Source: a virus (Duplodnaviria > Caudoviricetes). From it: 61,276 bases of DNA. The stretch is from positions 1 through 61,276 of the IMG/VR virus record IMGVR_UViG_3300024262_000031; one strand, 5' to 3'. Position 1 is the stretch's first letter. Every line of letters starts with the position of its first letter. Below, in pieces: positions 55,571 through 61,276 of the stretch. Under the pieces are notes generated by a model that was not told where the DNA came from, did no database searches, and saw nothing but the letters and a program-made list of their open reading frames with translations. Made by a program: the position numbers and the translations under genes.

Positions 55571-55640
55571 CCTCTATCTATTCCTATCGCTAAAATTAGC
55601 GCAAACCGATAGAAAATTGCATTTGGGAACTAGATTCTAG
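55571..55640 (-). promoter_or_regulatory. conserved 70-bp element, copy 4 (head of the late operon)
   Basis: CTAGAATCTAGTTCCCAAATGCAATTTTCTATCG-N17-CGATAGGAATAGATAGAGG on the minus strand, 58 nt upstream of ATG 55512. Confidence 0.8.
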
Positions 55641-55763
55641 AAAATAATTACCATCAGCCCTAGTAAGTGTATATTTGTACACCATATCAACTCGCGAAAA
55701 CTAGAAAATTATCGCCCCAAAGTGATAATTTTCTAAAAATGGAGGGATTTTGTGCTAAAAGAC

Positions 55764-55792
55764 TTGACATAGCTGCCCCTTTCTGCTATACT
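55764..55792 (+). promoter_or_regulatory. sigma70-type promoter
   Basis: TTGACA-N17-TATACT. Confidence 0.8.
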
Positions 55793-55880
55793 TACAATAG
55801 GACAAGTGACTCTAATGAACACTGGATTCAGTGTGACGCGGTGCCAATCTGGCAGCTTTCTGAAAATAACCCTCAAACCC

Positions 55881-55909
55881 TTGACTTTTGTTTGCAGGTA
55901 GACTATACT
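55881..55909 (+). promoter_or_regulatory. sigma70-type promoter
   Basis: TTGACT-N17-TATACT, 21 nt before ATG 55931. Confidence 0.75.
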
Positions 55910-55930
55910 TGTAATATAGAGCCAGTGAAC

Positions 55931-56419
55931 ATGAATCGCATTCAAGCCTTCGGACAAACATACAGGTCGATTAAATCTCTCGCTCGTGATCCGCGATGCG
56001 TTGTGGACTATTATACGCTCTGGCGACGGATTCGATTTTATGGTTGGGACATAACCGAGGCGGCTACGACCATGGAAGATGAATCCTGGTATGTTGTATG
56101 GGGAGAGAAATTTCCAACACTGAATGACTTGTTAGCTGATTCACGGTGTATGGTTGGAAACCATAGGACGTTAAGCAAACGGATTAAACGTGGTGTCCCG
56201 ATTCAAGATGCAGTTTTAGAACGACCGACCGCAGACTTGAAATTTGAGGTTTGGGGAGAACAATTTGCCAACCTAACAGAGGTTAGTCGCGATTCACGGT
56301 GTGTACCACAATACAAGACGCTAATGTATCGTCTACAAGCTGGCACCCCACTAGAAATAGCTGTGCAAGACAAACAGGTCTTTTTGGACTGGCGGCGAGG
56401 GGATTTATGCGAACATTAG
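55931..56419 (+). CDS. protein with three tandem HTH/NUMOD-like DNA-binding repeats
   Basis: Three copies of (A/V)(F/W)G..(Y/F).....D.RC....TL..R...G.....A; the upstream extension in the ORF track overlaps two promoters. Confidence 0.7.
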   Translation: MNRIQAFGQTYRSIKSLARDPRCVVDYYTLWRRIRFYGWDITEAATTMEDESWYVVWGEKFPTLNDLLADSRCMVGNHRTLSKRIKRGVPIQDAVLERPTADLKFEVWGEQFANLTEVSRDSRCVPQYKTLMYRLQAGTPLEIAVQDKQVFLDWRRGDLCEH

Positions 56420-57696
56420 TTATTGTGGGCGCCTCTGGCGACCTTACACGTAGGAAACTGATTCCTGCGTTGTACAATCTCTGGCTCAGCAAGTCTCTCA
56501 AGGATTTTCGTATCATTGGGACAGCAATTCATGAATTCACCGACGAAGAGTGGGTAGCACACCTCGCGGACGGGCAAGATACCGGTGGTAAGTGGCAGCA
56601 GTTCTCCGAGTTGCTCTCATACGCCCCTGGTGACGCCCTGAAGGGCGAGTTGCCAGAGGGAGACATATACTACCTTGCACTACCGCCCGACTTGTTTGGC
56701 CCCGTAGCGGCCCGTATCAAGCATCCCTGCAAGCTGATAGTCGAAAAGCCATTTGGGACGGACCTGGGAACGGCTCAAGACTTGAACGAGATGCTACATG
56801 AGTGTTTTGACGAGGACGATATTTACCGAATAGACCATTACTTAGGCAAAGAGCCCGTTCAGAACCTACTGGTCTTTCGTTTCGCAAATGCTCTCTTTGA
56901 GCCCGTTTGGAATCGAAACTTCATAGACCACGTCCAGATTACGGCTGCGGAGACACTCGGAGTGGGTGCTAGGGGACAATTTTATGAACAAGCTGGCGTG
57001 CTCCGAGATGTTGTACAAAACCACCTCCTACAACTATTGGCCCTCGTGGCTATGGAGGCCCCGGCCGGGTTAAACGACATTTGTGGTGAGAAGCTAAAGG
57101 TTCTGCGGACAGTTCCGACTCTTTGGGAATCGGATTGTAAGAATACCCTGCAAGCTCAGTATGACTCTTATCGTGATACGCCAGGTGTATCCGCTAACTC
57201 ACAGACAGCCACCTTTTGTTGTGTTAAGTTAACGGTTAACAACTGGCGGTGGACTGGCGTGCCCTTTTATCTTAGGGCTGGGAAGATGCTGGCTGACAAG
57301 ACGACTCGAATCGTGATTCAGTTCAAGTCGATACCCCATCAGGTGTTCGGAACTGCTACACCTAACAGATTAGTTATCAAAATTGATCCAGAAGAAAGTA
57401 TCCGGTTACATTTTACAGCCAAGGTACCCGGGTGGGGCGCTGTTGCTGAGAAAAATCTACTGTTTCAGTATAACGAAGACCTTCCCAATGCCTATCAGAC
57501 TCTCTTACGGGACATTTTTGACGGGACTCAGAGCCTTTTTACTCGTGCAGACGAGGTTGAGGAATGTTGGCGGATAATTGACCCGATTCAGCAGTATTGG
57601 GACGACGCGGCCCCGCTGTACCGCTACGAGCCAGGAACATGGGGACCGGCGGCTGCGGATGAATGGCTAGCCAAGGAAGGGAGATGCTGGTGGTAA
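56407..57696 (+). CDS. zwf: glucose-6-phosphate 1-dehydrogenase
   Basis: [65 protein letters not shown]. Confidence 0.97.
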   Translation: MRTLVIVGASGDLTRRKLIPALYNLWLSKSLKDFRIIGTAIHEFTDEEWVAHLADGQDTGGKWQQFSELLSYAPGDALKGELPEGDIYYLALPPDLFGPVAARIKHPCKLIVEKPFGTDLGTAQDLNEMLHECFDEDDIYRIDHYLGKEPVQNLLVFRFANALFEPVWNRNFIDHVQITAAETLGVGARGQFYEQAGVLRDVVQNHLLQLLALVAMEAPAGLNDICGEKLKVLRTVPTLWESDCKNTLQAQYDSYRDTPGVSANSQTATFCCVKLTVNNWRWTGVPFYLRAGKMLADKTTRIVIQFKSIPHQVFGTATPNRLVIKIDPEESIRLHFTAKVPGWGAVAEKNLLFQYNEDLPNAYQTLLRDIFDGTQSLFTRADEVEECWRIIDPIQQYWDDAAPLYRYEPGTWGPAAADEWLAKEGRCWW

Positions 57697-58202
57697 CGGA
57701 AAGATGGCGAAAGGTTATAGGTTATGAGGAATCCTATGAAGTTTCTAGTCTTGGTAAAGTGAGGTCAGTGGATAGGATTCTACCACACTCGCGGTATGGT
57801 ACTTGGAAATTGAATGGGCGAATTTTACACACTATATTATCTGGTGGATATCTTGCAGTAAATTTATCGAAAGAAGGAACTTCACGATATATCCGGATTC
57901 ATCGGCTTGTAGCGGCTGCATGGATTGGACCGTGTCCAGAGGGTCAACAGGTTAGACATGGTCCTAACGGTAAGCTAGATAATTCCATTTCTAACCTTTG
58001 CTATGGTACGCCTAGTGAAGATGGTCTTGATAAGCGTAGGGATGGAACGCATATTGGCAAAGCTGTGCGTCGTAGTGATGGTGTCGAATTTATCAGTATG
58101 ACCGTCGCTGCTGAAGAAACAGGTTGTGGGCGTGTGTGTGTATCTGGGCTGTTTGTAACGGGCGTCAAAAAACAGCCGGTGGTTATGGCTGGGAATACGT
58201 AA
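57684..58202 (+). CDS. NUMOD4-HNH endonuclease with a frameshifted C-terminus
   Basis: Close paralog of 45932..46444; the NUMOD1 tail [16 protein letters not shown] is in another frame after (GT)5 at 58132-58141. Confidence 0.85.
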   Translation: MLVVTERWRKVIGYEESYEVSSLGKVRSVDRILPHSRYGTWKLNGRILHTILSGGYLAVNLSKEGTSRYIRIHRLVAAAWIGPCPEGQQVRHGPNGKLDNSISNLCYGTPSEDGLDKRRDGTHIGKAVRRSDGVEFISMTVAAEETGCGRVCVSGLFVTGVKKQPVVMAGNT

Positions 58203-58214
58203 CGGAGAAATCGA

Positions 58215-59156
58215 ATGTGTGATATTTTAGTAGCCGGTGGCGCGGGCTTTTTGGGTTCGCATTTGTGTCGTCGTTTGGTCGCTGAGGGCAACCGAGTCAC
58301 GTGCATCGACAATCTTCAGACTGGTCGCAAAGAGAATGTGGCTGACCTTATTGGCACGCCAGCTTTTCGCTTCTTTAGAGCGGACGTGAAGGACATGGCA
58401 CGGTTGCGACGTTTGAATGACGGCTATGATAAAATTTTCAATTTGGCGTGCCCAGCTTCACCCCCAGCATATCAAAAAGACCCTATCAACACGATGCTGA
58501 CCAACGTTGTTGGGACCGAGAATCTGCTTCACATAGCTGCCATCTCGAAAGCGAGATTCTTGCAAGCCTCAACAAGCGAAGTGTACGGATGCCCAGAAAA
58601 GCACCCACAGAACGAAGAATATCGGGGCAATGTCAATCCGGTCGGTGTGCGGAGTTGCTACGACGAGGGCAAACGGGCTGCTGAGACGCTGTGTATGGAT
58701 TATCGACGCAAACATGGCACAGATGCGAAGATTGTACGTATTTTCAATTGCTATGGCCCCGGGATGCGTCCTGATGATGGCCGGGTAGTCTCGAACTTTA
58801 TTATGCAAGCCCTCAAAGACGAACCCATCACTCTGTACGGCGACGGAATGCAGACCCGTTCCTTCTGCTACGTTGACGATATGATTGATGGCCTCATTAA
58901 GATGATGAACTCAAGTCTGGCGGGACCGGTGAATCTTGGTAATCCCAATGAGTTTGATATGCACCATCTCGCCGGTATAATTTGTGGTCTCATAACTAGT
59001 ACCTCACGGTATGTCTATGAAGACTTGCCAGAAGATGACCCCAGGGTACGCTGCCCAGATATTACACTAGCTCGTACTCTCTTAGGTTGGGAGCCCCGGG
59101 TCGAACTTCGTGAGGGCCTAAAGAAAACGATAGCTTATTTCAAAGGACTGATGTAA
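58215..59156 (+). CDS. UDP-glucuronate decarboxylase (UDP-xylose synthase; extended SDR)
   Basis: [63 protein letters not shown]. Confidence 0.92.
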   Translation: MCDILVAGGAGFLGSHLCRRLVAEGNRVTCIDNLQTGRKENVADLIGTPAFRFFRADVKDMARLRRLNDGYDKIFNLACPASPPAYQKDPINTMLTNVVGTENLLHIAAISKARFLQASTSEVYGCPEKHPQNEEYRGNVNPVGVRSCYDEGKRAAETLCMDYRRKHGTDAKIVRIFNCYGPGMRPDDGRVVSNFIMQALKDEPITLYGDGMQTRSFCYVDDMIDGLIKMMNSSLAGPVNLGNPNEFDMHHLAGIICGLITSTSRYVYEDLPEDDPRVRCPDITLARTLLGWEPRVELREGLKKTIAYFKGLM

Positions 59157-59434
59157 TGTATTTTTACGTAGACTTTCATGCGGACGGAGGACAAGCGTGT
59201 GTACCCGGTCGTCGTCGTTTCGATGACCTTGAGGAAGCTGAAGAATTTTCGCTCTTAATGTCAGCAGAACCGGGTCATATTTGTAAGAATGATGTACGAT
59301 TCTTTGAGAGTGAACGTCGCCTAAATGAATACGGAACGATTGCTTTGAATCCGACGTTCCCACCCAGTGGTAGCCAAGCACATTTTAACGACTGCTTAAA
59401 TTTTACGACTAATGAACCCGAAGCTGTGGAATAA
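59156..59434 (+). CDS. hypothetical protein
   Basis: TAATG stop/start coupling with the previous gene. Confidence 0.6.
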   Translation: MYFYVDFHADGGQACVPGRRRFDDLEEAEEFSLLMSAEPGHICKNDVRFFESERRLNEYGTIALNPTFPPSGSQAHFNDCLNFTTNEPEAVE

Positions 59435-59879
59435 TATCCGATTTTGCAAACAACGGGACTGTTTTTCATGCGGTCCTATGGCCCTGCTAAATGCGGACAA
59501 GTTTTTCGGTAGGGATATTACCTATCGGCACCTTCCAGCTTACCAAAAGATGGTACACTGTGCGCCGAAGCATGGTACATACACAAGCGACATGTCAAAC
59601 GTCTTAGGGCGGGCGAGTCGTAGGTCTTGGAAAACAACGAAGAAATTTCTACACGGACATTGCTTGATTATTCAAACCGGAGATGGTAAGCGTGGCCGCA
59701 AGGGACACTACTCACTGATTTGTATGGATCGACAGGGGGACTACTTTCTAGTGAATCATTACAAGGCCGCTTACGCTGCGGTAGCAGTGAGTTGGCAAAA
59801 GGTATACTGGCTTTGGCGAAAAGCCCACAGGGTTTGGTATGTAAACGAACCCATTTTGGAGACGAACGATGAAGCTTAG
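59412..59879 (+). CDS. C39-like cysteine peptidase
   Basis: Q....SCGP.AL.N, GT...M, GHY, and LVN arrangement of a papain-like triad. Confidence 0.65.
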   Translation: MNPKLWNNIRFCKQRDCFSCGPMALLNADKFFGRDITYRHLPAYQKMVHCAPKHGTYTSDMSNVLGRASRRSWKTTKKFLHGHCLIIQTGDGKRGRKGHYSLICMDRQGDYFLVNHYKAAYAAVAVSWQKVYWLWRKAHRVWYVNEPILETNDEA

Positions 59880-60210
59880 AGAAAGAGATTTATGGTGCGT
59901 GGAAATCGGCTTGCCGGGGACAATCAAGAACCCCGCACGTGGCATCAATTGGATCAGCTATTTTGATGTGGCACCTACCAAGGAAATCATATTGGAGGCA
60001 CTCAAAGCCTTAGTCAACTATTACTATTATGACGGGAGTGGTCCCGATGCCGTAGAGAGCGAAGACGGCTTCTATACCCGCTTGCTTGAGACAGTTGCAT
60101 TCTGGGATGAGACTAAGGAGACGAGAGCGAGTATCACAGTGGCGGGTACAAGTATCGGGATAATCAGCATTACAAAGCCCAGCCCGTACTATGAGGTCAC
60201 CAATGATTAG
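59869..60210 (+). CDS. hypothetical protein
   Basis: GGAG RBS; overlaps both neighbours. Confidence 0.65.
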   Translation: MKLRERDLWCVEIGLPGTIKNPARGINWISYFDVAPTKEIILEALKALVNYYYYDGSGPDAVESEDGFYTRLLETVAFWDETKETRASITVAGTSIGIISITKPSPYYEVTND

Positions 60211-60454
60211 ATACACCGTGGTAATAGAATGTCCCGACATGATTCAAGACAAATTTGCGATTGGTTGTACTATCGGACGGCTAATTGACAACAATAATTG
60301 GCAAGTCCTTAAAACGTACCGGGACGGTAAAGTTACGATTACAGTGCTTGGATTTTCAAATTGGGAGGGGGCTAAGAAAGCCTGCGACTTGATGGATGAA
60401 GAGGGTATCGCGGGGTTGACAGTCTATAGCGAAGAGGTCATAAAAAGTCTATGA
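60203..60454 (+). CDS. hypothetical protein
   Basis: GAGG RBS before ATG 60203. Confidence 0.6.
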   Translation: MIRYTVVIECPDMIQDKFAIGCTIGRLIDNNNWQVLKTYRDGKVTITVLGFSNWEGAKKACDLMDEEGIAGLTVYSEEVIKSL

Positions 60455-60861
60455 AGTCCTTACCTATACTCACTGAAGCTCAAGTGCGGAAGTTTTTGGC
60501 AAGGGTCCAAAGTGGCCGTCCTCAAGATTGTTGGGAATGGCAAGGTCGTACCTCTCCGAAGGGTTACGGACGATTTAGTATCAAAAACAACGAGTGCCTA
60601 GCTCATCGTGTAGCCTTCTTCCTGCATAACGAAGTTGATCCTCAAGATAGCATCGTTAGACAAACGTGTAAGAATAAAAAGTGTTGCAATCCCTCCCACC
60701 TTCGACTCGATGAGGCAACTAAATTAGGCCCCTTGCAAATTCGATACATTCGAGGACAGGCAGCTAAGGGAGTGTCATCACGAACTTTAGCGAAGCAGTA
60801 TAGTGTGGCGAAATCAACAATTCAGAATATCATAACCAACGCGACTTGGAAGAACGTTTAG
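60451..60861 (+). CDS. degenerate zinc-binding HNH endonuclease with C-terminal HTH
   Basis: DCWEWQG...GYG...AHRVAF...CCNPSHL; HTH SSRTLAKQYSVAKSTIQNI; the usual His is replaced (VRQTC). Confidence 0.75.
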   Translation: MKSLPILTEAQVRKFLARVQSGRPQDCWEWQGRTSPKGYGRFSIKNNECLAHRVAFFLHNEVDPQDSIVRQTCKNKKCCNPSHLRLDEATKLGPLQIRYIRGQAAKGVSSRTLAKQYSVAKSTIQNIITNATWKNV

Positions 60862-60945
60862 GGGAGGTGGCCGAGTCTGGCTTATGGCCCTGGTTTTGAA
60901 AACCAGTGTGGGCAACCACCGGGGGTTCAAATCCCTCCCTCCCCG
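60861..60945 (+). tRNA. tRNA-Ser(TGA)
   Basis: Acceptor GGGGAGG/CCTCCCC with G discriminator; anticodon stem CTGGT/ACCAG with loop TTTGAAA; long variable arm; GGGGG-TTCAAAT-CCCTC T-arm; CCA not encoded. Confidence 0.93.
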
Positions 60946-60965
60946 CTCGACTAGAAAGGTAAGAC

Positions 60966-61187
60966 ATGAGTGAAACTGGCGAATTTGAACTGGCGAGGAT
61001 TGCAAAGATAATTGCCACCTTACGAGAACGATTGATAATTGACGGCGGTGAACCTCAGTACAAGGATTGCTGTGACTACTCGGATCAGCTTGTTGTAGAT
61101 GGCGAACCCAAGTTTGATGACCTAAGCCGTCTGGAGTGGATGCTTAGGACTGCTGCACTAAAACGAAACAATTGCAACAAAACATAG
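60966..61187 (+). CDS. hypothetical protein
   Basis: AAGGT RBS; 73 aa. Confidence 0.6.
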   Translation: MSETGEFELARIAKIIATLRERLIIDGGEPQYKDCCDYSDQLVVDGEPKFDDLSRLEWMLRTAALKRNNCNKT

Positions 61188-61190
61188 GGT

Positions 61191-61276
61191 ATGTGGAAGA
61201 CAACTGGCGAAATTGCTAAAGAGTATGGTGTTTCAAGAACAACAATTTTGAGATGGGTTAGACATGGTGAGTTTAC
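61191..61276 (+). CDS. partial helix-turn-helix (excisionase/MerR-like) protein
   Basis: MWKTTGEIAKEYGVSRTTILRWVRHGEF..., running off the window edge. Confidence 0.7.
   Translation, partial: MWKTTGEIAKEYGVSRTTILRWVRHGEF

Noticed and set aside
55667-55930. N-terminal extension of the 250-aa ORF
   Set aside because: It spans two consensus promoters; repeat homology begins at ATG 55931
1-61276. Stop-codon reassignment or suppressor tRNA
   Set aside because: Genes are full length in the standard code; the tRNA anticodon TGA reads Ser UCA, not a stop codon

Overview
The window is about 61 kb of a tailed dsDNA bacteriophage genome (siphovirus-like: major tail protein, frameshifted tail chaperone, 1354-aa tape measure, no sheath seen). 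1-7.1 kb is a replication block: ParB-like gene, a repeat-rich divergent intergenic region, primase-helicase, dATP/dGTP diphosphohydrolase-like gene and DEDDh exonuclease. About 7.1-55.5 kb is one long minus-strand late region running from a terS-like gene through an envelope-protein cassette, terL, portal, head decoration or fibre genes, scaffold, capsid, neck and tail. From 55.7 kb to the end is a plus-strand region behind two sigma70-type promoters, with zwf, a UDP-glucuronate decarboxylase, a C39-like peptidase, HNH genes and tRNA-Ser. The most notable observations are: (1) a cassette between terS and terL built around a Tat-exported, intein-containing papain-family protease with holin-like and membrane or periplasmic partners, and no recognisable endolysin in the window; (2) a 14-aa N-terminal leader shared by capsid and scaffold; (3) a 70-bp element with a fixed CTATCG-N17-CGATAG core found four times, three of them at operon starts; (4) a sulfotransferase inside a lectin-rich tail module; (5) a head-closure protein fused to about 1400 aa of repeats plus a LamG domain. 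Products are assigned by motif recognition and synteny only, with no database searches. A Planctomycetota-like Gram-negative host is a guess.
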